From a candidate division WOR-3 bacterium (GTDB lineage: Bacteria; Hydrothermota; Tepidihabitantia; SM23-42; JAOAFX01), in contig JBDRWH010000001.1 of the NCBI GenBank assembly GCA_039802325.1, positions 1 through 36,997 of the forward strand: 36,997 nt of DNA, read 5' to 3'. How positions within the stretch are numbered: position 1 is the first letter of the stretch; each line of letters starts with the position of its first letter. Positions 8,583 to 18,489 of the stretch are shown piece after piece. Under the pieces are notes generated by a model that made no database searches, was not told where the DNA came from, and saw only the letters and a list, made by a program, of their open reading frames with translations. Position numbers and translations under genes: made by a program.

Positions 8583-11546
8583 CTATCGGATAACGACAAA
8601 TTTACCAACCTGTTCACCAATCTTAGAATCAACATGGAAGATATAGACACCGCTTGCCACAATCTGACGGTTTTCAGTAAGAAGGTCCCACCAGGCATCT
8701 CCACCTGCATCACCCTGAACCGACCCAACGGTTGCCTTGTGCACAATCGTTTTTATCAAATCGCCATTGAGTGTGAAGATCCTTATTGTACATTCATCAG
8801 GGAGATTTATGAACCTCAATCTCCTGATAAGTGATGATTGCTGCCACTCATTATGGAGAAGATATGGATTGGGAACAACTTTCACATTCAGCGTGAGTGT
8901 AGTATCTGTTAGCACACTCGCCGGTGTTGAAAGGATGCCAAATGTGCTCTTGAATGGTGCTGGTACATACTTGGATGAAGCTGTGACAATCCAGACATCA
9001 TTTTCTGAAGGTCTTGGTTCACCACCAGGGTTCAACCAACCTCTGGCAATTCCTATTTTGCCACTGCAGATATATAGAGTTCGTGTTCCAGATTGAGCAG
9101 TTCCATAGATCAATGTATCGCTCGTGTATTGATTTTGCAAGGAACGGAAGCACCAGCCATCAGCCAAGGTGTCTGTTGCAGCATCTTCAAGATAAGGTTT
9201 ATATGGAATTGTATCACCGGTAGCAAGGTCAATTACAGTTACTGTATTCACCTCTCCTGAAGGGTCTTTTTTCTTCCATATGATCCTGAAGTCATTACCA
9301 CGATATGCCCAGTTTACAGCTCTTCCCACAATTGAAGGAGTCAATGAAATTAGAGAATCCGGATAGGTACCTGATTCTTTCGTAACCGTATCAAAAATAA
9401 CCACCGCACCTTTTGTCTTGGTTTTAGTGAATGACGCAGTCACATTAAGACCATTGACCTCTTTGAATTCATAGAAAAGGCTATGGGCGAATGTATCAAG
9501 TGGTATCGTCACCTTGAAGCTATCTATTGCCACAGAATCTTTATCAAGAAGATAGGCTGAATAATTGGGATTTCCATTATCTCTTACAATTGGACCAAAT
9601 CGTAAGAATTGCGGGTCTGAGGTCATATGCAATGGATATGTAATCTTTGCACTCACATTTCCAAGCAACTTTTCGTTACCGCTCACAAAAATAATCGTAT
9701 CTTTTCCAGCTATGTAATTTGCCGGATCTCTTCTTGGTGTTCCGACAACTCCGGTCAGACCGCTTTCAAAATACAATGCCCTTGGTCCCACAACCTTAAT
9801 CGTGTCGTAATCATAGACCCAGAATGTATCATTTCCAATGATTGTATCAATCCACTTGTCACGAATAAAGATTGAATCCAGCATTGTCTTCACTTGATTA
9901 TAGTCAAACGAAGTGACTGCATAGTAATAACCAAATCCATTACGAACATCAGTATCCACAAACGAATGGGTCAAACCAACATCAGTTGCCTGAAGTGCAA
10001 TAGAATCTGCCATTGTGGTATCCTTGAAAGTGATGCCGTTCGCCAGGTCATAGGATGCCAGTAAAGACCAGGAACCGGTCTTTCCTGATGGACTTCGCCA
10101 TAACCGATAACCTTCAAAATCATACTGTTTGTAGTATGGGTCATAGTTCTGTCCGGGTTTGCTGACGACATCATAGTATGGATCAGGCGTAATTTCTGAG
10201 GTATTATCCCAGATTAAGGTTACCTTTGCATCACCCGGAACACAGGTCAATTTTGGTGGTGGAGGCGGTCCTGGCAATAACCAGTTCATATCATATATGT
10301 ACTGAACGGTCTGGTCAAGTTTTACCAGTTCAGTATCAGGACGCGCATGAGTATGATCCCAATCAGTAAGCATTACTCCCACAAGGACTATGGCAATCGA
10401 ATCAGCATCCAGTTCAAATGGTCCACTGCATTGCAAGAAACGCTGGTCATCTGCCTGAGGTGGTAGAGTATCAAATGGCTCGTAGTTCATTGTCTTGAAG
10501 TTATAACCTGCAAGGGTAATATAACGCTCATTATCTTTGTTCGGTTCAAGATTCAATGTGAAACGCTTGAATGCAGTCATACCTAACTGAGGAATCTCTG
10601 AAGGATCGCGCCAATCAGGAGTGCCGTCCGCGTCTACATCCCATTGATCAGGTGGCACATTTTCCGCATAATATGCACTATCCCGCTCATACTGGTCAGG
10701 AATACCATCGTTATCCTTGTCTTCTCCTTCTTTTAAATCCCAGGGACTCTGAAGATAATCAAAGCCAATTGTACCGGTAAGTTGCCAACCAGGTTCAATT
10801 GGTGATTGCCATTGATAACCAAGATTATCAACCCAAAGCGAATCACCATCAATCACATACCACTGTCCCACAATGCCCGAGATAATATCATTGGCATTTG
10901 TTCCTGACTCATTACCAATATCATTATCAGTGCACACACCAAAATAGCAGTTGGTCAATTTTTTACCGCTGATGTTCTTCAGTTCGTATCTTACAAAGAC
11001 AATATCCTTGGTCGTATTCAGATTCCAGGCATAGACAGTCTGATAAACTTCAAGCCCTATTGGTCTTGTATCACCAGGAATGTGTTGATTTATATCAAGG
11101 TCATTGTAAGCACACCAGGAATCCTGATGGGATTTGTTAATCTGCGGAGCCATAGGAAATACATCAGCAGGAGGTGGCCAGGGTGATGGATACATAAAGA
11201 TAATAGCATTTGGATCACTGGATGCCATATCCTGCAATCCTGGAGTAAATTCAGCTTCTCCACCATGTGGACCATAGCCAATGGTTACAAGTGTATCATT
11301 GCCATCAAGCGTGCCAAACCAGGGTCCAGCACCAAAGATATATGTGTTTCCTGTTCCCTTGGGCCAGAACAAACCTGAATTACCTGCCTGGGTCTGACCA
11401 AACTTACCGTAGTTTGAGACACACATTTCCACATTATTGATGTCGTGCTTTTTTATCTCAAATGGACGGTACTGGGGTGTAGATGTTACCGTCCTGGCAA
11501 ATAGGATAATTGCCATCAAAAGCACCAAAGTCAATGTCTTTTTCAT
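8583..11546 (-). CDS. Large secreted surface protein (987 aa) with Asp-rich calcium-binding-like motifs, an FN3-like segment and a T9SS/FlgD-Ig-like C-terminal domain
   Basis: CAGGAGG RBS and signal peptide MKKTLTLVLLMAIILFA. Contains DKDNDGIPDQYERD and DVDADGTPDWRD (thrombospondin-type-3-like) and a PPPPP linker. Tail is SGVYIFHVDSKIGEQVGKFVVIR. Confidence 0.6.
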   Translation of the reverse strand: MKKTLTLVLLMAIILFARTVTSTPQYRPFEIKKHDINNVEMCVSNYGKFGQTQAGNSGLFWPKGTGNTYIFGAGPWFGTLDGNDTLVTIGYGPHGGEAEFTPGLQDMASSDPNAIIFMYPSPWPPPADVFPMAPQINKSHQDSWCAYNDLDINQHIPGDTRPIGLEVYQTVYAWNLNTTKDIVFVRYELKNISGKKLTNCYFGVCTDNDIGNESGTNANDIISGIVGQWYVIDGDSLWVDNLGYQWQSPIEPGWQLTGTIGFDYLQSPWDLKEGEDKDNDGIPDQYERDSAYYAENVPPDQWDVDADGTPDWRDPSEIPQLGMTAFKRFTLNLEPNKDNERYITLAGYNFKTMNYEPFDTLPPQADDQRFLQCSGPFELDADSIAIVLVGVMLTDWDHTHARPDTELVKLDQTVQYIYDMNWLLPGPPPPPKLTCVPGDAKVTLIWDNTSEITPDPYYDVVSKPGQNYDPYYKQYDFEGYRLWRSPSGKTGSWSLLASYDLANGITFKDTTMADSIALQATDVGLTHSFVDTDVRNGFGYYYAVTSFDYNQVKTMLDSIFIRDKWIDTIIGNDTFWVYDYDTIKVVGPRALYFESGLTGVVGTPRRDPANYIAGKDTIIFVSGNEKLLGNVSAKITYPLHMTSDPQFLRFGPIVRDNGNPNYSAYLLDKDSVAIDSFKVTIPLDTFAHSLFYEFKEVNGLNVTASFTKTKTKGAVVIFDTVTKESGTYPDSLISLTPSIVGRAVNWAYRGNDFRIIWKKKDPSGEVNTVTVIDLATGDTIPYKPYLEDAATDTLADGWCFRSLQNQYTSDTLIYGTAQSGTRTLYICSGKIGIARGWLNPGGEPRPSENDVWIVTASSKYVPAPFKSTFGILSTPASVLTDTTLTLNVKVVPNPYLLHNEWQQSSLIRRLRFINLPDECTIRIFTLNGDLIKTIVHKATVGSVQGDAGGDAWWDLLTENRQIVASGVYIFHVDSKIGEQVGKFVVIR

Positions 11547-11558
11547 CTTGACCTCCTG

Positions 11559-14330
11559 TTAAAATCCTAAACCAACACCGAGTCGTATCCGAAAAGGATT
11601 ATTATAGTTTGTCGGATCAAGATAGTAATCTGTTCTGGTTGCCATGTATGCTGTTTTCATTTCAGGTGGTGTAATTAAACCATCATGATTATAGTCTGCC
11701 TGTGGTGAGTATCTGGTTGAGGCAATAGTGATATTACCAAACTGGGTAAGTGTAGGTTCAGCATCACCATGGTTGTCCGGATCTCCAGTAGTAGTATAGA
11801 CGTCAATTATCTGTCTGTTATTAAAGAGATTTTCAACAAGTGCACTTATTAAGAATTTTGCCGGACCAATTTTTATCATTTTGCTTGCATTCATATCAAC
11901 ACCCCACCAGCCTGGCATTCTTGCTGAATTCTCATCACCGAGCTTGTTTCCTCTCAAGTCAACTGGTGTATAAGGATGTCCTGAATGGAATGAGAACACA
12001 AACGAAGAATTGAAGTCCTGTAAGGGTATAAAGATAAAATCGTGAGGCAATGACAGGTCAAGGTTTGCATTCACAATATTCCGCTCGTCAAAATCAAGCC
12101 AGTAATCAATGACCGGCGGTTGCAAAGGTAATCCTGTAATCGGATCATTACCACCATAGTAGAAGTCATAATAGAACTCACCTGCATAAGACGCAGTTCC
12201 TTTTGCAAATTGCAGTGTGTAACTGAGACCAAATGCCCATATAGTATTGGACATCAGTTTGTCAAGCCGGATCTCAAACCCCTTAATATTTCCGTAGTCA
12301 ACATTGAAAAACTGGAAATAAGGCATTGGCAGGGCAATGACCTGACGAATCTGTGACAGGTCGTAGACATCTTTGAAATAAGCGGTAAAGCCTAAAACCA
12401 CATCCTGGGTAAACTGATTTTCAATGCCGACTTCATACTGAACTGTCTTTTCCGGTTTCATAAAGATGTTTCCAACAATGGTATTGCCTCTTGAGAGTGC
12501 AAGCCTGATAACTGCGGTATCCGTTGTACCGAACATATCGTCCAGTGCAGGCAACTGGAAATAATGCCCGTAATTGAAACGGAATTTCATTCTTTCGGTA
12601 ACTGGCAAAGAAAAACCAATTCTCGGTGAGACCCTGTAACTCTTTTCTGCGTAACTTAGCGTATCATTCCTGGGGTCATTGGGAACTTTGTAAGTGAAAC
12701 TCTTGGGATCAAAATAATCAAACCTGAGCCCAAGCCGTGCAATCAGACCTTCAAAATCCATTTTGTCCTGGATATAAGCAGCAACTTTGTAGGGTGTCCG
12801 CTCATAGTAATCCCAGAATGGATTTGCAACCCAGGGAAGATTATTATCATAGTATTTCAGATTGTAATTCACATAGTCAATACCTGTTTTGAATTCATGA
12901 ATTTTGCCGATTGCATGGGAAACATCAAATCTCGCCTGGATATCATCATTCTGCCAGTATCTCCAGACCCGATAATCACCATAAGTGTAGAACCAGTTTT
13001 CAATTCCATAAGGATTATGCCGTAATGCGAATTCTCCGCTATTCTCATATTCAGTGTGATATTGCATTACACTATCAACGATTACATCTTTGGGCGGAAG
13101 GTCACCCGTGGTTAAATATTCTATACAATGCTCTGCCTTGAGACGATAATCAGAATACCATTGATAGTTATTATCCTGTTCCCACTCATAGTCTCTTGTT
13201 CCATAGAGACGGTCATAATGGGTCATACCTGCTTTCAGTGAAAACAGGGTTTGTGCGGTAAGCATGTAATTGAATGTTGACGAAAGTATGTAGTTTTTCG
13301 TTCGGCTCATTGGCCTATTCTGGAAATATTTCAAACTCCCTGATGACCAGGTAACATACTGATCCCGTGAATTGAATCCACTCAAGGTGACCTTACCTTT
13401 ATTATTGGGCATCGTATACGAAAGTCGTGCCTGTGCACGATAAGTATTCCTTGGTGAAGGCACTTTGTATAATGCCTCGGCATAAGCATCAGTCAAGGTC
13501 AATTCTCCAGAGAGGAAGTATTTTATTCTCTGAACCGCAGGTAGAGGACCACCCAGAGATAAATCATAAAAGTTATAACCGGTGTTCAATTTATCTTTGA
13601 CAGCATCCATGGAAAAGATTTCATCGGTGAGATAACGGAAACTACCTGATGGCTTTGTACCACCTTCTTTTGTCACCACATTGATGATGCCGGAGAGCGC
13701 ATCGCCATATTCTGCATCAAAACCACCACTGACTACTGATACTTCTTCTACCGCTGAAGCATTTATCTGGGTTGATAATGCACCTGTGTGTGGCACCTTG
13801 GTCATAATACCATCAACATAGTAAGTAACCTCTTCATTTCTGCCACCACGAATATGGGTTCCCAGATTAGAAGTTGATACACCCGCTTGTAGGGTAACGA
13901 CCTGATTGATCGTAGTCACAGGCAAACGGGCAATATCCTGAGAGGTTACTGAATGTCCACTCTGTACCTGAGAAGCGACAATTGGTGGTTTTTCAGCAAC
14001 AACCGTAACTTTTTCCACTTCAATCACCGTGGGTTTTAGCCGGAAATTCAGATTAGTGGTCTGGTCAGCATTGACAATCACCTGGGTATAAGTGTAAGGG
14101 TCATAACCCAAATATGAAGCAGTTACTACATAGGTTCCTGCAGGTACATATAGAACCACATAATCACCTTTTTCATCAGTTGCCGCACCAAGTTCTGTTC
14201 CTTCCAGAATCACATCAGCACCAATCAAAGGTTCACCGGTTTCAGCGTCCCTTACCTTACCGGTAATTTTTCCATATTCAGCGCCAAACAATAGTGCCCC
14301 GGCAAGGATTAACGCCCATAGTCTTTTCAT
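11559..14330 (-). CDS. TonB-dependent receptor-like outer-membrane protein with an N-terminal carboxypeptidase-regulatory-like domain
   Basis: GGAGG RBS and a signal peptide. GKITGKVRDAETGEPLIGADVILEG...DEKGDYVV...AGTYVVTASYLGY fits a CarbopepD_reg fold. This is followed by a plug-like region and a long beta-barrel ending ...RIRLGVGLGF. Confidence 0.75.
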   Translation of the reverse strand: MKRLWALILAGALLFGAEYGKITGKVRDAETGEPLIGADVILEGTELGAATDEKGDYVVLYVPAGTYVVTASYLGYDPYTYTQVIVNADQTTNLNFRLKPTVIEVEKVTVVAEKPPIVASQVQSGHSVTSQDIARLPVTTINQVVTLQAGVSTSNLGTHIRGGRNEEVTYYVDGIMTKVPHTGALSTQINASAVEEVSVVSGGFDAEYGDALSGIINVVTKEGGTKPSGSFRYLTDEIFSMDAVKDKLNTGYNFYDLSLGGPLPAVQRIKYFLSGELTLTDAYAEALYKVPSPRNTYRAQARLSYTMPNNKGKVTLSGFNSRDQYVTWSSGSLKYFQNRPMSRTKNYILSSTFNYMLTAQTLFSLKAGMTHYDRLYGTRDYEWEQDNNYQWYSDYRLKAEHCIEYLTTGDLPPKDVIVDSVMQYHTEYENSGEFALRHNPYGIENWFYTYGDYRVWRYWQNDDIQARFDVSHAIGKIHEFKTGIDYVNYNLKYYDNNLPWVANPFWDYYERTPYKVAAYIQDKMDFEGLIARLGLRFDYFDPKSFTYKVPNDPRNDTLSYAEKSYRVSPRIGFSLPVTERMKFRFNYGHYFQLPALDDMFGTTDTAVIRLALSRGNTIVGNIFMKPEKTVQYEVGIENQFTQDVVLGFTAYFKDVYDLSQIRQVIALPMPYFQFFNVDYGNIKGFEIRLDKLMSNTIWAFGLSYTLQFAKGTASYAGEFYYDFYYGGNDPITGLPLQPPVIDYWLDFDERNIVNANLDLSLPHDFIFIPLQDFNSSFVFSFHSGHPYTPVDLRGNKLGDENSARMPGWWGVDMNASKMIKIGPAKFLISALVENLFNNRQIIDVYTTTGDPDNHGDAEPTLTQFGNITIASTRYSPQADYNHDGLITPPEMKTAYMATRTDYYLDPTNYNNPFRIRLGVGLGF

Positions 14331-14341
14331 TGCACACCTCC

Positions 14342-15376
14342 TTAATTAACCCTGATGGGTATAAGCCAGAATCTTGCTAATAATGGACTGGCAGGAGTTA
14401 CATAGTAGAATCCATCGGTCACAATTGCTTCAATCACGAGATTTTTCACACCTGTACCAGAAATTCCAATTTTTCCTGAACCATCAGGCAATTGAATTTT
14501 CTTGCCATCCTGAATCGCAAAGAATGTGCAGAGATCACTTGTAATTGTTCCAGAAAGCGTAAGAGTAATGGTCACGGAATCTCCCGCACTGTATTCCAGA
14601 AGTGAATCTATTGCGCAGAAGCGGTTCATCGCATGATGTTGATATAGGGTATCAGTATTACTTGCCCAGACCGTATCAACCTTTGAAGTATTTTGAGAAG
14701 TCAAAATTGCAGTGTAAATATATGGAATACTCGCAGCACGGTTTGGCAATCCATAATTGCCATATGAAATTCTTTTCAAGACCCATTCTCTTGGTTCTTT
14801 AATCTTGTCCACTGAATCGCCCAGTTCTTCATCCCATACTTTTTCTTTCACAGGTTCTACATAGAGATGGCGCAGACCTTCAACAGTTATTGTATCATAA
14901 GAATAATAGCCACCTGCTGTTTCTACTATTACGGTATCAAGTTTCTTTCCTGTATCACCCTGCCAGAAATAATAACCTTTGTACAAAGCATCATAATGGA
15001 CCTCCTGTATCAGGTTAAATGTATCACGAAGATACACTGTGCAGGTCGTATCTTTTGTATACCAGAGGTCCTTAAAACGGGAACTTGATGCAATCTTGTC
15101 ACGCAGACTATCCACATGCTGTTTGACAAGCACTGATTCAGTTTTGAAGTATGAATCTGCTACTGGAAATGTAACAGCAGCAAGTGTAACAGGAATGTAA
15201 CTGTCTAAAAATATGTCATCGGTCTTAAGAAATTCCGCATGTCCATCAAGTACAGCATTGATCAATGTGTCATCTCTTGGTGTCCCGTCATAGAAACCTT
15301 CTGGTGGCTCATTACCACAATTAACAAACACTAACGCCAATGTTGCTAATAGGCAAAGCCAGTTCATCTTGTTCAT
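14342..15376 (-). CDS. Secreted protein, possibly a lipoprotein, of unknown function (344 aa)
   Basis: AAAGGAGG RBS. Signal peptide MNKMNWLCLLATLALVFVNCG has a Cys at position 20, but the lipobox is non-canonical. The stop lies 11 nt upstream of the receptor gene. Confidence 0.6.
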   Translation of the reverse strand: MNKMNWLCLLATLALVFVNCGNEPPEGFYDGTPRDDTLINAVLDGHAEFLKTDDIFLDSYIPVTLAAVTFPVADSYFKTESVLVKQHVDSLRDKIASSSRFKDLWYTKDTTCTVYLRDTFNLIQEVHYDALYKGYYFWQGDTGKKLDTVIVETAGGYYSYDTITVEGLRHLYVEPVKEKVWDEELGDSVDKIKEPREWVLKRISYGNYGLPNRAASIPYIYTAILTSQNTSKVDTVWASNTDTLYQHHAMNRFCAIDSLLEYSAGDSVTITLTLSGTITSDLCTFFAIQDGKKIQLPDGSGKIGISGTGVKNLVIEAIVTDGFYYVTPASPLLARFWLIPIRVN

Positions 15377-15467
15377 TTATGCCTCCTTTGCTTTATTTCA
15401 TTATTTTTTTCCAGCCTGTTTTTTGTTTTTATTTCTCACCCCCTTTTTCCTACAATATTCTATTTAT

Positions 15468-15495
15468 ATTATATTAAAAAAGGAGAACTTGTCAA
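15468..15495 (-). promoter_or_regulatory. Sigma70-type promoter of the lipoprotein/receptor/cargo/PorV operon: TTGACA-N16-TATAAT
   Basis: Minus strand has cccTTGACA at 15495..15490 and TATAAT at 15473..15468. A purine-rich leader of about 91 nt ends in AAAGGAGG. Confidence 0.6.
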
Positions 15496-15501
15496 GGGTG
15501 A

Positions 15502-16110
15502 TTATTTGAATTTGAATTCTATCTTTCTGAAAACCCAAACCCTGACAAGTTTATCCCGTTGTTTTGCTGGAGTAAATCTATATTTCCAGACGCTTGCCAC
15601 TGCTGCTTCATCAAGAAGTTGATTACCACTGGATTTGACAACCTGGACATCAATTACACTGCCATCTATATTTACCAGAAATTTTACCTGGAGACTTCCT
15701 TCAATCCCTGCCCTTTTTACCAGTTCTGGCCATTCAGGCGGTGGCATTGATATGGGTTGTGGTTTTACCTCTACTTTAAAATATGGAACCACTTCAATCT
15801 CAGGACCCGTAGGCTGGGTTCTTATTATGTCTTCCCGGAATTCGGTTGCTGCAATTGTTTCAACTGCTTCTTCAGCAACTTCAGTTGCGGCTGCTGCCAC
15901 TGCCACCTTTGGCCTTTCCACCGGTGGTGGCTCTTCGTATTTTTCTATCTCAGCTGAGATTTGCTCAACCATTGTTACAATCTCTTTCCTTAATTTATAG
16001 GGTTCAACTTCAGCATACGGCAAGAATAGAAACAACAAAATCAGAATGATTATGCCCAGAAGCATACCGGTGCGGAAATATACACCATACATCAATTTAT
16101 GGTCGCGCAT
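15502..16110 (-). CDS. tonB: Energy transducer TonB (N-terminal TM, Pro/Glu-rich linker, TonB C-terminal domain)
   Basis: I place the start at ATG 16110, with GGAGG 5 nt upstream inside the last codons of exbD; the track's 16134 start is a TTG. TM helix, then EEPPPVERPKV linker. The C-terminal segment PEWPELVKRAGIEGSLQVKFLVNIDGSVIDVQVVKSSGNQLLDEAAVASVWKYRFTPA is typical of TonB_C. Confidence 0.8.
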   Translation of the reverse strand: MRDHKLMYGVYFRTGMLLGIIILILLFLFLPYAEVEPYKLRKEIVTMVEQISAEIEKYEEPPPVERPKVAVAAAATEVAEEAVETIAATEFREDIIRTQPTGPEIEVVPYFKVEVKPQPISMPPPEWPELVKRAGIEGSLQVKFLVNIDGSVIDVQVVKSSGNQLLDEAAVASVWKYRFTPAKQRDKLVRVWVFRKIEFKFK

Positions 16111-16111
16111 A

Positions 16112-16531
16112 TCAACCTCCAAATTCAGTGGCAAAAGTTATCTTAAATGCTCGGGCTTCCTTCAATTGGTCAAGGACAACATCCACAATACCATACTCAA
16201 TATTTTCATCAATGTTCAAAATTGTAACCAGTTCCGAATTCTCAGCAATCTTCGGAATCATTTTTGTACTCACCCTTTCTTTTGGAACCAAACTATCATC
16301 AATAAACACCCTGCCGTTACTATCAACCCAGACATGGGTGATGTTTCTTCGGATCAAAATCCTTTCTGTTGATTTTGCCTTTGGCAGGACAAGTTTAAGA
16401 TTAAGCGCAGTTGCCCTGAACACGGTAGTCACCATAAAGAAAAGAATCAACAAAAATGCAACATCAGCAGTTGATGCAGTGGGAATATCCGGGGTTTTTG
16501 TAAACCTTCTTATAATACTTTTGCGCATCAT
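16112..16531 (-). CDS. exbD: ExbD/TolR-family biopolymer transport protein (second copy)
   Basis: Single N-terminal TM (ADVAFLLILFFMVTTVF) followed by a periplasmic domain. ATGA overlap with the upstream exbD. Confidence 0.8.
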   Translation of the reverse strand: MMRKSIIRRFTKTPDIPTASTADVAFLLILFFMVTTVFRATALNLKLVLPKAKSTERILIRRNITHVWVDSNGRVFIDDSLVPKERVSTKMIPKIAENSELVTILNIDENIEYGIVDVVLDQLKEARAFKITFATEFGG

Positions 16532-16992
16532 TCCTCACTGGTTGGTATCAAACTTATCTTATTTGCCCTCAACTCCCTGCCATCCTGGGTAACAACCCTG
16601 CACAGTTTTATCTGGTCAAGTACTGAAATCATTGCCTGATATCTTGCATCCTTACTTGTCCTCAATGAAACTACAAGCAAGGTATCCCGTTCAAGAAGTT
16701 TCTCTTCAACTATTCTGCGCACCTCAGAGTATTGCTGTGGAGAGATATCAATTCCGTCATATCCTGAAGCCCTTAATTTCAGTGCCCCTTCAGGATTGAT
16801 CAAGATTGAAACAACATTTTCAGGTTTTACTTTTGTCTCAGTCTGAGATTTTTCAGGCAGGAGCATTTTAATACCTTTTTCCCGGGTAAACACTGTGGTG
16901 GTCATAAAGAAAATGATTATCAGAAACGCAATATCACCCATTGAGGCAGTCGGAATGATTGCATTTATTTTTTTCTTTGCCCTCAACTCCAT
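16528..16992 (-). CDS. exbD: ExbD/TolR-family biopolymer transport protein (first copy)
   Basis: Motif MGDIAFLIIIFFMTTTVF plus a periplasmic domain. Directly abuts the exbB stop. Confidence 0.8.
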   Translation of the reverse strand: MELRAKKKINAIIPTASMGDIAFLIIIFFMTTTVFTREKGIKMLLPEKSQTETKVKPENVVSILINPEGALKLRASGYDGIDISPQQYSEVRRIVEEKLLERDTLLVVSLRTSKDARYQAMISVLDQIKLCRVVTQDGRELRANKISLIPTSEE

Positions 16993-17616
16993 CTATTTTT
17001 TCCTTTTCTGATAATGCTCAATCATATAGTCAATCAAACCTGCAGCAACTTCTTCCATATCCTTTGTGTATCCATCAACTTTACCAGAAAAGAGAATATG
17101 CAATATTGCAAGCGGGGTTGCGATAATCAAACCCCATTTGGTCGTAATCAATGCCTCAGAGATACCGCTGGCAACGATTGTCGGTTCAACCTCACCTGCT
17201 GCTGCTATTGCTGCGAAAGCACGAATCATGCCGGTAACCGTGCCTAAAAATCCAAGGAAGGGAGCGACCGTGGTCAAACCCGCTAACAAAGCCATCCCCC
17301 GGTCCAAAAATCCCAATTCAATTGCTGCAGCACGGGCAGCAACTTCTTCCATTGCATCCTTACCTTTATCTGCCTTTTGCAGAATTTCCTTGGCAATTTT
17401 TGCAGCCGGAGATGGTGTATGGTCACACAGCGCAATACCAGCATCAACACCCTGGGCATCAATTGTGGAAACGAGTTTTTCCAAGAAGCTCTTTGGATTT
17501 AATCTTATTTTTATCAAAAGTGAAAAAAGACGCTCAAGTATTATGCCCAATGCCAGTATAATGCACACCAATAATAGCCACATTACACCGCCACCAATTG
17601 AAAATTCCCTAACCAT
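16993..17616 (-). CDS. exbB: MotA/TolQ/ExbB-family proton channel protein
   Basis: AAGGAGG RBS. Three TM helices. The conserved C-terminal core LAGLTTVAPFLGFLGTVTGMIRAF...GISEALITTKWGLIIA is typical of ExbB/TolQ. Confidence 0.85.
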   Translation of the reverse strand: MVREFSIGGGVMWLLLVCIILALGIILERLFSLLIKIRLNPKSFLEKLVSTIDAQGVDAGIALCDHTPSPAAKIAKEILQKADKGKDAMEEVAARAAAIELGFLDRGMALLAGLTTVAPFLGFLGTVTGMIRAFAAIAAAGEVEPTIVASGISEALITTKWGLIIATPLAILHILFSGKVDGYTKDMEEVAAGLIDYMIEHYQKRKK

Positions 17617-17643
17617 AGAATAAGCCTCCTTTCATTATTTTAG

Positions 17644-17671
17644 ATTATATAAAAATTACTAACAATGTCAA
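17644..17671 (-). promoter_or_regulatory. Sigma70-type promoter of exbB-exbD-exbD-tonB: TTGACA-N16-TATAAT
   Basis: Minus strand has cccTTGACA at 17671..17666 and TATAAT at 17649..17644. A 27-nt leader contains AAGGAGG. Confidence 0.6.
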
Positions 17672-17674
17672 GGG

Positions 17675-18025
17675 TCATTTTGAACTTGCACTATAATAGA
17701 GAATACCCCCAATAAGCGGGAAAAGACCCGCACCAAAAAACAGAAAACTCTCATACCGTGCAAGCGCAAGAGAACGGACAATCAAATCAAAAATGTCACC
17801 TGGACCAGCAACGCTCAGAAGCGGAAAGTAAAAGACAATACGGTATATATGGAACACTGCCACCGCAATCAGGAATACACAACCGATCACAGGGAAAATC
17901 CATATTCCTTTACCACCGATCAAATTCAACAATCTTTTCAGAATTAGACCAAAAATAATTAAAGAAACAATGGCGAGCAATATTGCCACCATAAAGATAA
18001 TTTCTGCCAAAATATCAGCCCTCAT
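17675..18025 (-). CDS. Small integral membrane protein (116 aa, about 4 TM), unknown function
   Basis: AGGAGG RBS and a uniformly hydrophobic helical sequence. Last gene of the module-2 operon. Confidence 0.6.
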   Translation of the reverse strand: MRADILAEIIFMVAILLAIVSLIIFGLILKRLLNLIGGKGIWIFPVIGCVFLIAVAVFHIYRIVFYFPLLSVAGPGDIFDLIVRSLALARYESFLFFGAGLFPLIGGILYYSASSK

Positions 18026-18047
18026 GAGACCTCCTATTTAGAAAATT

Positions 18048-18102
18048 GAAGTTAAGAAGTTCTGAAGTTATGTGGTTATGAACCTTGGAACTTCCTAACT
18101 TC
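18048..18102 (-). repeat. 15-bp-stem hairpin (GAAGTTAGGAAGTTC / GAACTTCTTAACTTC on the minus strand) between the two small membrane-protein genes
   Basis: The arms at 18048..18062 and 18088..18102 have one G-U position in the minus-strand RNA and enclose a 25-nt loop. One arm overlaps the stop codon of 18101..18469. The arm sequence resembles GGAAGTTAGAAGTT at 395..408. Confidence 0.65.
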
Positions 18103-18469
18103 ATTTTCCTTTGGTTACTCCATAAAATCTCAAGTTTGCTACAAGCGAAAGGATTCCTGAGAGGAAGAACAAGCCATAAGCAAGGTAATTTATTCCACCC
18201 TTTGGAAGCATCATTTTTCCACCAATGCCGCAGAATATTAATTGAATCAATGCAAAAAGCAGAATGCCAGTAGGTGCAATCATCATAAACTGCCAGTTTG
18301 TCTTTTCCCCAAGCACAATCTCATACCTGCGGGCAATTATGCCTAAAAAAATAAAAGCAAGCCATAGCAGTACCGCACCAAGAACTAACACATAGTTCGG
18401 GAAAATTGCCAGTGCTTGATATGTAGAAGGCTCAATCCCGAATGGTGCGGAAAATAGAATCAATTCCAT
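18101..18469 (-). CDS. Small integral membrane protein (122 aa, about 4 TM), unknown function
   Basis: AAGGGGG RBS-like sequence upstream and four hydrophobic segments. Confidence 0.6.
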   Translation of the reverse strand: MELILFSAPFGIEPSTYQALAIFPNYVLVLGAVLLWLAFIFLGIIARRYEIVLGEKTNWQFMMIAPTGILLFALIQLIFCGIGGKMMLPKGGINYLAYGLFFLSGILSLVANLRFYGVTKGK

Positions 18470-18489
18470 AAAACCCCCTTTTTCTCAAA

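Noticed and set aside
17066-17623. 185-aa plus-strand ORF, and similar ORFs at 16128..16592, 15635..16000 and 20276..20803
   Set aside because: All lie antisense to well-supported minus-strand genes (exbB, exbD, tonB, the DUF4388-like gene). They lack SD sites and recognisable motifs, so they are shadow ORFs.
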